From Acidimicrobiia bacterium (GTDB taxonomy: Bacteria; Actinomycetota; Acidimicrobiia; Spongiisociales; ZC4RG35): 63,350 bases of DNA. The stretch spans positions 1 to 63,350 of the forward strand of contig JBFHRE010000002.1 of the NCBI GenBank assembly GCA_041591895.1. Direction: 5' to 3'. The notes beneath the pieces were generated by a model, which saw only the letters and a program-made list of their open reading frames with translations, made no database searches and had not been told where the DNA came from. Shown here piece by piece: positions 19,868 to 28,528 of this stretch (the stretch's first letter is position 1; every line of letters begins with the position of its first letter). A program made the position numbers and the translations under genes.

Positions 19868-20818
19868 CTAAGGCCCCGATGTGGGCCTGTGGCGCCACAC
19901 CAGGTACCAGAACGGTGACCCGAGGATCACCCCCAGGATCAGGGCCGGCTGCCACGGGGTTCCCGTACGACTTACGAAACCCTCCACCAGTCCGGCCAGC
20001 ACCAGCCAGGGGATGGTTCCGACCGCGATCAGGGCCGAAGCTCTGGCCTCCTCCGCCATCGACTCGAGCCTGGTGCGAGTGCCGGGTCGGAGCAACGAAC
20101 GCCCGAAGGCCAGCCCGGCCCCGCCCCCGATCACCACACAGGACAGCTCTATCACCCCGTGAGCGGCCACTGCCGCAACGAACAGATCCGCGTTGCCGGC
20201 GTCGACCGCCAGAGCAGCCAATGCGCCGAGGATGAGGCCGTTGTTGGCGATCACGTACGAAGAGAGGAGACCCCAGGTCAGGCCTGCGACAAACGCAATG
20301 AGGGTGACTCGGATGTTGTTCGTCATCACGAACGTCGAGAATCCGATCAGTTCCGGAGCCGAATACCCGACGTCGGTGGACTGCGCCTCCGTGACCCAGA
20401 GAAACTGGGGCGGAAGGAGGGCGGTGACCGTCTCCGGTTGTGACGTCGCCCAGACGGCGCCGAGTAGGGCCGGCACCAGCAGGAGAGCAGCTGAGAGCAT
20501 CATCGGACGCGCCCGCTCGGCGATCAGCCGCCAGTAGGTGTCAGAGAAGAAGCCGAGGATTCCCTCCCGCCGCCCATGACGGTCGTACAGAAGACCTCGG
20601 GCTTTGACGACCAGCCCTTCGAGCCGATCGACCACCGGGTCGGACGGCAGTACTCGCCGGGCCACCGCCAGATCGGATGTCGCGGTCCGGTAGAGGTCAA
20701 CCAGGCGACTCAGGCCCCGCGCTCCGAGCCGTTCCGGCTTCCGGCGGGCTTGAGCCATGAGGTCTTCGAGTTCGGACCAACGTTCCTCCCCCTGGGCGAG
20801 GAACTCACTCAGGTTCAC
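19868..20818 (-). CDS. SpoIIM-like (DUF95) membrane protein
   Basis: Soluble N-terminus MNLSEFLAQGEERWSELEDL...DLYRTATSDLA followed by 5-6 TM helices, typical of the stage II sporulation protein M family. Confidence 0.7.
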   Translation of the reverse strand: MNLSEFLAQGEERWSELEDLMAQARRKPERLGARGLSRLVDLYRTATSDLAVARRVLPSDPVVDRLEGLVVKARGLLYDRHGRREGILGFFSDTYWRLIAERARPMMLSAALLLVPALLGAVWATSQPETVTALLPPQFLWVTEAQSTDVGYSAPELIGFSTFVMTNNIRVTLIAFVAGLTWGLLSSYVIANNGLILGALAALAVDAGNADLFVAAVAAHGVIELSCVVIGGGAGLAFGRSLLRPGTRTRLESMAEEARASALIAVGTIPWLVLAGLVEGFVSRTGTPWQPALILGVILGSPFWYLVWRHRPTSGP

Positions 20819-20965
20819 TGCAACCCCCTATTCGAGTGAGGCGGCTGACCCCCAACTACGCTCTCACTCGGCTTTGGTGACGGTACGGCGTGTCCCGGCT
20901 CCGAGCAGCGGCGGTCTCGTCCGCTCCGATGCCACGGCCGCGATGTTCCCTGAAGGACGGAACGG

Positions 20966-21697
20966 GTGACGTTCGAGGATCGACTGGAGATAAGTACATC
21001 CGAGGGCATCGACGTCGAGTTGACGATAGCGGGGATCGGCTCTCGGACCTTGGCGTGGCTCCTCGACGGCGTGGTGATCGGAGCCATCCTGCTGGCAGTC
21101 GGCGTCGGGGGAGCGATCATGTCCGATTTCGACTCGTTGCTCGCCCAGGGCCTCGTATCACTGGCGGTGCTCGCTCTCCCGTCGGCCTACCTGGTTGGAT
21201 TCGAGACACTCAACGGAGGACGGACCCCGGGAAAGATGTCCGCGGGAATCAAGACCGTGAAGGTGTCAGGGGCGCCGGTGGGGTTCGGTTCGGCATTGGT
21301 CCGAACCCTGATCCTGCCGTTCGACATCGCGTTCCTCGGGATCGGAATCGTTTCGATGCTCGTGACGGAGCGCAGTCAGCGACTCGGAGACCTGGCGGCC
21401 CGAACCGTGGTGGTCCGAGATCGCAAACCCCCGATGGCCTACACCGGTTCCTCCTTCCAGCCTCCGGTCGACGCCGATACGAGCACCTGGGACGTGAGCG
21501 CCATCACGGAGGCCGAGCTCGGGGCGATCAGGCGGTTCCTTGAACGTGCAGCGACCCTCGAGCCCGGTCACCGGGCCGACCTCGCCCGCCAGCTGAACGA
21601 GCGAGTCCGCCCGCGGGTAGCCGGTGTCGAACGGTCGTATGGTCCCGAGGAGTTTCTCGCCAGGTTGGTGGTGGAGAAGGATCGGCGGATCGAATGA
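20966..21697 (+). CDS. RDD family membrane protein
   Basis: GIGSRTLAWLLDGVVIGAILLAV...GRTPGKMSAGIKTV...RLGDLAARTVVVRD matches the RDD domain pattern. Confidence 0.75.
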   Translation: MTFEDRLEISTSEGIDVELTIAGIGSRTLAWLLDGVVIGAILLAVGVGGAIMSDFDSLLAQGLVSLAVLALPSAYLVGFETLNGGRTPGKMSAGIKTVKVSGAPVGFGSALVRTLILPFDIAFLGIGIVSMLVTERSQRLGDLAARTVVVRDRKPPMAYTGSSFQPPVDADTSTWDVSAITEAELGAIRRFLERAATLEPGHRADLARQLNERVRPRVAGVERSYGPEEFLARLVVEKDRRIE

Positions 21698-21719
21698 AAA
21701 CGCCGACTTGGGGACCAAC

Positions 21720-22400
21720 TCAGCCCATCGCCTCCAGCGCACTCCGGGCCGCCTCCTGCTGTGCTTCCTTCTTCGATCTCCCCCGGCCGGAACCGATCTG
21801 CTTCCCACCGACGCTGACCACGGCGTCGAACATCTTGAAATGATCGGGACCGGAGGCGGACACTTCGTACTCGGGCTGACGTCCGGAAGTGGCCAGGACC
21901 TCCTGAAGGCGGGTCTTGAAATCGCGGCGACCCGGGGCTGTTGCCTTCTGGTCCACGATCGGTGCCCAGATGTCGAGGATCACCTTTTGGGCGGCCGCAT
22001 AACCGGCATCCAGATACACCGCCGCCAGGAGCGCCTCCGTCGTATCGGCGAGGATCGAGTCCTTGTTGCGGCCTCCCGACTGTGCCTCGCCGATCCCGAT
22101 CTGGACGAAGCGCCCGATGTCGAGCATCCGGGCCACCTCGGCCAGCGACACCCGGTTGACACACGCCGCCCGCACCTTCGCCATCTCGCCTTCGCTGAGA
22201 GCAGGATGGTTCTCGTACAAGTAGTCCGTGACTGCCAGTTGGAGCACTGCGTCACCGAGGAACTCCATCCGTTCGTTGTCTGGTACCTGCGGGTGCTCCG
22301 ATGTGTAAGAACGGTGGACCATCGCCCCTTCCAGCAGGTCCGGTTGCCGGAACTCATGTCCGAGGCGTGCTTCGAGGTCGGCGAGTGGGGCCGGGGTCAT
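21720..22400 (-). CDS. rnc: ribonuclease III
   Basis: ATG 22400 overlaps the plsX stop (ATGA). HRSY...NERMEFLGDAVLQL signature and a C-terminal dsRBD ...GSGRGRSKKEAQQEAARSAL. Confidence 0.9.
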   Translation of the reverse strand: MTPAPLADLEARLGHEFRQPDLLEGAMVHRSYTSEHPQVPDNERMEFLGDAVLQLAVTDYLYENHPALSEGEMAKVRAACVNRVSLAEVARMLDIGRFVQIGIGEAQSGGRNKDSILADTTEALLAAVYLDAGYAAAQKVILDIWAPIVDQKATAPGRRDFKTRLQEVLATSGRQPEYEVSASGPDHFKMFDAVVSVGGKQIGSGRGRSKKEAQQEAARSALEAMG

Positions 22401-23371
22401 GTGGCGGCGATTCGCTCGGCGACCAGCTTTGGCAGCCTGCGATCCGCCCCGTCGCGGGCCAGCGCCAGCGCGTTGACGATGGACCGGCGGGTAGACGAGC
22501 CATGGGCGATCACGACCACTCCGTCCACGCCCAGCAGATGCGCACCGCCCGTGTTCTCGTAGTCCATCCGATCCCGGATCGGTCGGAGGTGAGGGAGCAC
22601 TTCCGCGATGAGATCGGGCCCCGCCGACTCCATCGCCTGAAGAAACAGCTTCGATACCAGCGACGCAGCTCCTTCGACCGTCTTGAGGAGGACGTTGCCG
22701 GTGAAACCGTCGGTGACGATCACGTCGCAAGCATCCTCCGCCAACACCCGGCCTTCGACATTGCCGATGAACTCGAGTCCCGAGACCGTCAGCAAGGCGT
22801 GCGCCTCCTTCTCCAACGATCGGCCCTTACCTGGCTCTTCGCCGATGTTGAGCAAGCCCACCCGAGGCCGCTCGACCGCGAAATAGACCTCGGAAAACAC
22901 CGACCCCATGACGGCGAACTGGACCAGATGCTCGGCCTTGACCTCGGGATTCGCCCCCGAGTCGAGCACGACGGTGGGAGTTCCAAGGGTCGGAAAGACG
23001 GTGGCGATGGTCGGTCGCAGAACCCGGGGGACCCGTCCCACGATGAGCGCAGCTGCTGCCATTGCGGCCCCGGTGGATCCGGCCGATACATAGCCGGCCA
23101 CTTTGCCCTCCTTGGTCAGGCGGGCACACGTGGCCACCGACGAGTCAGGCTTCTCGCGGAGCGCCCGTGTGACGTCCTCGCCCATCTCGATGGTGACCGG
23201 CGCATCGACGATCTCGAACTGGTCCGAGTCCGCACCGAGCGTGTCGCGAATTGCCGCTACGTCCCCCACGAGCACCACGTCGACGCCCTGCGAGGCGGCG
23301 GCCTGCGCGCCGGCCACCGTCTCTGTCGGGGCGTTGTCGCCGCCCATGACGTCGAGGGCGATCCGGCTCAA
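22397..23371 (-). CDS. plsX: phosphate acyltransferase PlsX
   Basis: SRIALDVMGGDNAP N-terminus. I chose TTG 23371, 6 nt after the rpmF stop. The track start at 23419 would overlap rpmF. The start is uncertain. Confidence 0.85.
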   Translation of the reverse strand: MSRIALDVMGGDNAPTETVAGAQAAASQGVDVVLVGDVAAIRDTLGADSDQFEIVDAPVTIEMGEDVTRALREKPDSSVATCARLTKEGKVAGYVSAGSTGAAMAAAALIVGRVPRVLRPTIATVFPTLGTPTVVLDSGANPEVKAEHLVQFAVMGSVFSEVYFAVERPRVGLLNIGEEPGKGRSLEKEAHALLTVSGLEFIGNVEGRVLAEDACDVIVTDGFTGNVLLKTVEGAASLVSKLFLQAMESAGPDLIAEVLPHLRPIRDRMDYENTGGAHLLGVDGVVVIAHGSSTRRSIVNALALARDGADRRLPKLVAERIAAT

Positions 23372-23376
23372 GGGAT

Positions 23377-23553
23377 TCAGTCGGTCTCTACGACTTCTCG
23401 GCCGTTGTAGGTGCCGCACTCACGGCAGGCGCGATGCGGGAGCTTCGGGCTCTTGCAACGCGGACAGTCGACGAGCGTGGGACGCTCGACCTTCCATGCC
23501 GCCTTGCGCTGCCTCGTCCGCATGCGCGAACTCTTCTTCTTTGGCACCGCCAT
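23377..23553 (-). CDS. rpmF: 50S ribosomal protein L32 (Cys-containing form)
   Basis: Hand translation MAVPKKKSSRMRTRQRKAAWKVERPTLVDCPRCKSPKLPHRACRECGTYNGREVVETD. Not in the track because it is under 60 aa. Confidence 0.9.
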   Translation of the reverse strand: MAVPKKKSSRMRTRQRKAAWKVERPTLVDCPRCKSPKLPHRACRECGTYNGREVVETD

Positions 23554-23572
23554 GGTGCACTCCTTCTGGGAT

Positions 23573-24067
23573 TCAGCTGTCGAACAGGTGCTTCAGCGCG
23601 GCGAAGGGCGAGTCGGGCTCGTCTCCGTGCCCGCCGCAAGGAGCCGTATTCAAGTCGGTCCCACAGCTCTGGCAAAGTCCAAGGCAATCTGGCTTGCACA
23701 GAGGGCGAACGGGGACGCTCAACGACACCTCGTCGTGGACCACCGGTTCCAGGTCGATCCAGCCGCCGGACTCGATCGGATACTCCTCGTCGGCGTCGTC
23801 CGGATGCGTCCTGAAAATGGCTTCGAACTCGATGTCGACCAATTCCCCAAATGTCGCCAGACAGCGGGTGCAGCTCAGGTCGGCGGTGGTGTCGATCGTC
23901 CCGGTGGCGATGATCCCGTCGGTCAACGAGCGCAGGACGGCCACCACGGCTGCCTCGTCGTCGATGGCGGCGTCACCCACCTCGAAGCGCAGCGGAACCG
24001 AGGCTGTCTCGGACCGCGTCTGTCCGGGCCGGGAGAGCAGATCGGAGATCTGAATCCGCAAGGACAT
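23573..24067 (-). CDS. yceD: YceD/DUF177 family protein
   Basis: Conserved position upstream of rpmF. C-terminal Cys cluster CKPDCLGLCQSCGTDLN..PCGGH. Confidence 0.85.
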   Translation of the reverse strand: MSLRIQISDLLSRPGQTRSETASVPLRFEVGDAAIDDEAAVVAVLRSLTDGIIATGTIDTTADLSCTRCLATFGELVDIEFEAIFRTHPDDADEEYPIESGGWIDLEPVVHDEVSLSVPVRPLCKPDCLGLCQSCGTDLNTAPCGGHGDEPDSPFAALKHLFDS

Positions 24068-24082
24068 GGATCCACCCGCCTG

Positions 24083-24601
24083 TCAGAGGGGGACTTCGGA
24101 TACCGGCGGTCTCGCCTGATGGAGTTCGTTTCGGGCGTTGTGGGTCTTGCGTAGCAACTCGGCCATCAGGTTCTCGACCTGCTCCAGCGATCGCTCGAGA
24201 TCGTCTTCGGCCTCGAGGCGAATCCGGCGGGCTTCTCCTTCGGCGCGACGGACGAGGATGTTGGCCTCTTCGACCGCTTCGGCGAGGACATAGGACTCCG
24301 ACACGAGCCGCTTGGACTCGGACTTGGCCTTCTCGATGAGCTCGGTCGCCCGCTCATTGGTTCGGGCAATGAACGCTTCACGCTCACGGACCATCCAGCG
24401 GGCGGCCCGCAACTCGTCGGGGAGCTCGGCTCGAAGCCGGGTCAGTGACGTGAGAATGTAATCCCGATCGACGAGGATGTTGGTCGACAGGGGCATCGCC
24501 TTGGCCGTCTCCAGGTATTCGATCAGTTGGTCGATCGTGTCCTGGAGCGGGCCAACGGTGGATCGGGACCGCGGCTCTTCGTCTTCGATGTGTTCGCTCA
24601 C
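24083..24601 (-). CDS. DivIVA/SepIVA-like coiled-coil protein
   Basis: GTG 24601 overlaps the coaD stop (GTGA). IDQLIEYLETAKAMPLSTNILVDRDYILTSLTRLRAELPDEL followed by a coiled coil. Resembles the mycobacterial protein in the same rnc-DUF177 neighbourhood, from memory. Confidence 0.6.
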   Translation of the reverse strand: MSEHIEDEEPRSRSTVGPLQDTIDQLIEYLETAKAMPLSTNILVDRDYILTSLTRLRAELPDELRAARWMVREREAFIARTNERATELIEKAKSESKRLVSESYVLAEAVEEANILVRRAEGEARRIRLEAEDDLERSLEQVENLMAELLRKTHNARNELHQARPPVSEVPL

Positions 24602-25071
24602 TGCAACTTCTCCTTCAGCGCTGCGGCCACCGCCGCGGGCACGAGGGTATCCACCGCTCCGCCCAAGCGGGCGATTTCCCGCACGAGGCTCGCCGAGATG
24701 AATGACACCGCAGGTGCGGCCGGCACCAGAACGGTGTCGATGCCCGTCAGATGGTTGTTCATAGAGGCCATCTGCCATTCGTAGTCGAAGTCTGACGGCC
24801 CCCTCACCCCCTTGACGATCGCCGTCGCCTGCCTCGACCGGGCGAACTCGACCACCAGGCCCTCGAAGCCCTCGACATCGACGCCGTCGAGATGCGCCGT
24901 GACCGCTCGCACGAGGCCAACCCGCTCGTCGATGGAGAACAAGGGTTGCTTCGAAGGGTTGGCAACCACCGCCACCACCACTCGATCGAAGAGGGCCGCG
25001 CACCGCTCGAACACATCGACGTGCCCGTTGGTGGGCGGATCGAAACTGCCAGGGCACACCACAACGGTCAC
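24598..25071 (-). CDS. coaD: phosphopantetheine adenylyltransferase
   Basis: VVCPGSFDPPTNGHVDV (T/HxGH motif). 157 aa. Confidence 0.95.
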   Translation of the reverse strand: MTVVVCPGSFDPPTNGHVDVFERCAALFDRVVVAVVANPSKQPLFSIDERVGLVRAVTAHLDGVDVEGFEGLVVEFARSRQATAIVKGVRGPSDFDYEWQMASMNNHLTGIDTVLVPAAPAVSFISASLVREIARLGGAVDTLVPAAVAAALKEKLQ

Positions 25072-25622
25072 CGGTCCTCCTTTCGATACCTGATGATCCG
25101 GGTGTCCCCGAACCGTCGTTCATCGTCGATCTCGAATCCGAAGGGTACCGGAACCGGGTCCGAGGCCCTGCGCGTCACGATCACCAGGCCGTTTGTCTCG
25201 AGCCTGCTGTGGAGCCGTTCCAGCATCCGTCCCAACTCGTCTGAGACGAGCGGCCAGGGTGGATCGCAGAACACCAGATCGAATGGGCCGACGTCTCCGC
25301 CGAGGAATCGGCCGACGTCCATCGCCGCCACCTCCACCTCCATCCCCTGATCGGCCACGCCGAGCGTCGCCAGGTTGTTTCGGAGGGCGTCGAGCGCCGA
25401 TCTCGCCTTCTCGACGAACACCGCCGACCGGGCACCACGGCTCAGCGCCTCGATCCCGAAGCTCCCCGCTCCGGCATAGAGGTCGGCCACGACCGCATCG
25501 ACGACGAGCGACCCCAAAGAGGAAAACACGGATTCCTTGACCCGGTCGGTGACCGGACGCGTGTCCTGATTGGATGGCGCCACGAGCTTCCGCCCCCTGA
25601 ACTCGCCCGAGATGACACGCAT
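25068..25622 (-). CDS. rsmD: 16S rRNA (guanine966-N2)-methyltransferase
   Basis: MRVISGEFRGRKL..P....RPVTDRVKESVF..L, DLYAGAGSFGIEALSRGA, FCDPPW motif. Start taken at ATG 25622. Confidence 0.85.
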   Translation of the reverse strand: MRVISGEFRGRKLVAPSNQDTRPVTDRVKESVFSSLGSLVVDAVVADLYAGAGSFGIEALSRGARSAVFVEKARSALDALRNNLATLGVADQGMEVEVAAMDVGRFLGGDVGPFDLVFCDPPWPLVSDELGRMLERLHSRLETNGLVIVTRRASDPVPVPFGFEIDDERRFGDTRIIRYRKEDR

Positions 25623-25697
25623 GGGGCGAGGGTACCGGGTGGGCGATATCGTGCTGACAGGTAGAAGCCATGAGACCCCCACGATGAGACCCCAACC

Positions 25698-27206
25698 ATG
25701 AGGCCACTGTTCCGAATCCTCGATGACGCCCTGATCGCTCGCATCGTTGACGAGTCGTTCGAGGTGCTGTCGACGGTAGGCATGGAGATCCGGGGGGAGC
25801 GTCTACGAACTCGGGTGGTCGAGGCGGGTCTGGTGCCGTCAGGCGACCGGGTGTTGTTCCCCCGAGAAGTGGTCGAGGCCGCCATCGCCTCTACTCCCCC
25901 GTCGGTCAGGCTCTATGACCGCAACGGTGACCTCCATGCCGACGTCGGGGAGGATCGGGTTCATTTCGTCCCCGGGTCGAGCGGGCTACGGGTCATCGAC
26001 CATCGCACCGACGAGATCCGCCTCGCAACCACCGCCGACTTCGTCGAATACGTCCGGTTGGCCGACGGCCTGGACCACATCGCCTACCTGGCGACTGCCT
26101 TCTCGACATCGGATATCGAGGCGGACGTGTCCGACGCCTGGCGCCTCTATTTGTCGCTCACCAACTCCGTCAGGCCGGTGGTGTCCGGGGCGTTCACCGA
26201 GCACGGGGTCGCGCGGATGTCGGCGATGATGGAGCTGTTTCGCCGTGACCGGGCCGACCTCGTGGCCAAGCCGATGTCGATCTTCACCGTCACCGCCACC
26301 GGCAACTTCCGCTACGGCGAGGATTCGTGCCAGAACCTGCTCGACTGTGTCGAGGCCGGGATCCCGGTCGAGATCGTCCCGGTGACGCTGATGGGTCTCA
26401 TCGCACCGGTCACCGTGGTTGGTGCCACGGTGTTCCACACGGTCGATGTCCTCGCCGGGCTCACCTTGGCCCAGTTGATCCGACCCGGCGCTCCGGTGCT
26501 GTTCGGAGGCGCCCCGGCGGCGTTCCACATGAAGGCGGCCAGTTCCCCGATGGCTGCGGTCGAGGCGCTCCGGCTCGACGCCGCCTACGTGGCCGTTGGA
26601 CGCCACCTCGGATTGCCTACCCAGTCGTACATGGCACTGTCCGATGCCAAGATCCTCGACGCTCAGGCGGGAGCGGAGACGTTCGGAAGTGCGCTGCTGG
26701 CGGCCATGTCGGGGGTCAACTCGGTGTCGGGCCCGGGGATGCTGGACTACGTGCTGGCCTTCAGCCTTCCCAAGCTGGTGTTCGACGACGAGATGTGCGG
26801 CCAGGCGCTCCACTTCGTCCGGGACGTGCAGCCGCTGAACGACCTGCCGGTGGGTGATCTGGTACGACACCTGATGGAGGAGAGCCACCTGATCATGGCC
26901 GACCACACCACCGAGCACTGGCCGAGCGAGCTGTATCTGACCAGCCCGATCATCGACCGTGACAGCCGGGAGACCTGGCTCCGCAAAGGCGGCAAGGATG
27001 TGGCCACCGCCGCCAGGGACGAGGTCGAGCGGAGGTTGGGTCTCTACCGACCGGTCGAGACCGATCCCGCCGTCGATGCCGAGATGCGGGCGATGATCGA
27101 GGCGGGCATGACGGATGGCGGATCGCTTCCCCCGGTGCCGCCGCCATCCGAACCGGCTCGGGATGAAACGGGACCGAGCCGACGCCGCAACCGAAGGCGC
27201 GAATGA
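25698..27206 (+). CDS. MttB-superfamily methyltransferase (non-pyrrolysine type)
   Basis: About 500 aa with an N-terminus of the LDDALI.RI.DES..VL...G type, typical of trimethylamine methyltransferase homologues. The ORF is uninterrupted, with no in-frame amber codon. Confidence 0.75.
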   Translation: MRPLFRILDDALIARIVDESFEVLSTVGMEIRGERLRTRVVEAGLVPSGDRVLFPREVVEAAIASTPPSVRLYDRNGDLHADVGEDRVHFVPGSSGLRVIDHRTDEIRLATTADFVEYVRLADGLDHIAYLATAFSTSDIEADVSDAWRLYLSLTNSVRPVVSGAFTEHGVARMSAMMELFRRDRADLVAKPMSIFTVTATGNFRYGEDSCQNLLDCVEAGIPVEIVPVTLMGLIAPVTVVGATVFHTVDVLAGLTLAQLIRPGAPVLFGGAPAAFHMKAASSPMAAVEALRLDAAYVAVGRHLGLPTQSYMALSDAKILDAQAGAETFGSALLAAMSGVNSVSGPGMLDYVLAFSLPKLVFDDEMCGQALHFVRDVQPLNDLPVGDLVRHLMEESHLIMADHTTEHWPSELYLTSPIIDRDSRETWLRKGGKDVATAARDEVERRLGLYRPVETDPAVDAEMRAMIEAGMTDGGSLPPVPPPSEPARDETGPSRRRNRRRE

Positions 27207-27245
27207 CCCGTCGGCTCATCTGAACAACGGGGGCCGTCGGTGCGC

Positions 27246-27419
27246 TCATCTCGAGCAGTTCGATTCCGACGAGTTGTCATCGACCCCAACGGTCAGGAAA
27301 CCAGGCTGAGATTCTCGAGGGCGCTTCATGCCGAGATGCTCGTTCGAGTTCCGGTCCCGGACGTCCCACCAGATCATCTCGGTGAACTCGACGACCGCGG
27401 TCCAACACCGCGTGGTCAT
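27246..27419 (-). CDS. small hypothetical protein (57 aa), tentative
   Basis: ATG 27419 overlaps the stop of 27416..28528 (ATGA). The first ~32 codons are about 90 percent G/C at position 3 by hand count. No recognisable motif (MTTRCWTAVVEFTEMIWWDVRDRNSNEHLG...). Confidence 0.35.
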   Translation of the reverse strand: MTTRCWTAVVEFTEMIWWDVRDRNSNEHLGMKRPRESQPGFLTVGVDDNSSESNCSR

Positions 27420-28528
27420 CGATCGCGCTGCTGGGACTTCCTCCTGATGGCCGCCATCAGGAGGATCGCTCCCAAGGTTCCGAGAGCGATCGACGCCAGC
27501 AGCTGGCTTCTGATCGTCTCGGCGGCGGTCAGGAACGAGACCATCAACCCCTGTTGAGGGTTGAGCTTGCGCGCCGGTACTCCTAGCCCATCGGCAAGGC
27601 TTGATCCTTCGTAGGAGACGAGCAGGGTGCTCTGGTCCGGAGCGGCCCGAACCGGGCGCGCATCGGGAAAAGGACCGAGAGGCCGTGTGGAAACGACACG
27701 TGATTGAGTATCGGAGGGCATGATGGTGCCCTCCTCTGCAGTCGACGTTGTCGTCTCCGATGTCGTCGTGGATGACCCTGGCGTCGGCGTACTCGTAGGC
27801 GTGGCAAAGGAGGGCACCGATGTAGACGTCACGGCGGCGGATGTCGTCGTCGTGGACTGAATGGTCGTCATGGTCGTGCTCGTCGGCGTGGTGGTGGTAG
27901 TGGTGCTGGTGGTGGTGGTCGTGGGCGCCGGAGGGATCGGAATGAGCAGTCGGGCCGGGTAGGTGGCCGTCCAGTAGGCAACCCACATGTCGTCTGCCGA
28001 TGCGTTGGGAACCATGATCCTGACTCGCAATGTGTGCCCGGCGGCGACGGTGTGGTTGATCGTCCCGAAGTCGATGTCCCTCTGAACGAAGCCCGCTCCC
28101 GAGACGAACGAGTCCCGAGCCTGGGCGATCAGTGAACAGGACGACGAACAGTCGAGCAGATAGAGGTCGATCACCTGATTCTTGTTCGTGTGGAAGTCTT
28201 TGGCCGACAGCCACACCCTCAAGGTGACCATTCCCGAGATCTCGAGTTGTCCGGGGGCGACGGACCACTGCTGATACTTCTCGGGATTCGTCTCCGCCAG
28301 CCCTTTGTCGCCTTGGTCGAGATAGAGGCCTTGTGCATTTGCGTCGCGTCCAGATTCGTAGTTGGCCAGGACGACATCCGGCGGGACCGCCGTAGTCAAC
28401 GAACCGTCCGGTTCGCCATCCGCCTCGAGATAGAAGGAAACCGAAGTCGAGGCGGACGCCGGCAGCGCGAGATGACTCATGACTGCCATCAAGACGAGGC
28501 CCGTCGCCTGACTGCGCCGAATGCTCAT
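27416..28528 (-). CDS. secreted, C-terminally anchored Thr-rich protein
   Basis: Signal peptide MSIRRSQATGLVLMAVMSHLALPASAS. Beta-rich ~190 aa domain. Thr/Ser/Pro linker (TTTTTSTTTTTTPTSTT...). C-terminal TM LLASIALGTLGAILLMAAIRRK. ATGA overlap with the kinase gene. Confidence 0.6.
   Translation of the reverse strand: MSIRRSQATGLVLMAVMSHLALPASASTSVSFYLEADGEPDGSLTTAVPPDVVLANYESGRDANAQGLYLDQGDKGLAETNPEKYQQWSVAPGQLEISGMVTLRVWLSAKDFHTNKNQVIDLYLLDCSSSCSLIAQARDSFVSGAGFVQRDIDFGTINHTVAAGHTLRVRIMVPNASADDMWVAYWTATYPARLLIPIPPAPTTTTTSTTTTTTPTSTTMTTIQSTTTTSAAVTSTSVPSFATPTSTPTPGSSTTTSETTTSTAEEGTIMPSDTQSRVVSTRPLGPFPDARPVRAAPDQSTLLVSYEGSSLADGLGVPARKLNPQQGLMVSFLTAAETIRSQLLASIALGTLGAILLMAAIRRKSQQRDR

Noticed and set aside
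24602-25123. N-terminal extension of track ORF 24083..25123 (346 aa).
   Set aside because: It overlaps coaD entirely in another frame and is Arg/Gly-rich. The GTG at 24601, with a GTGA overlap to coaD, gives a compact SepIVA-like protein.
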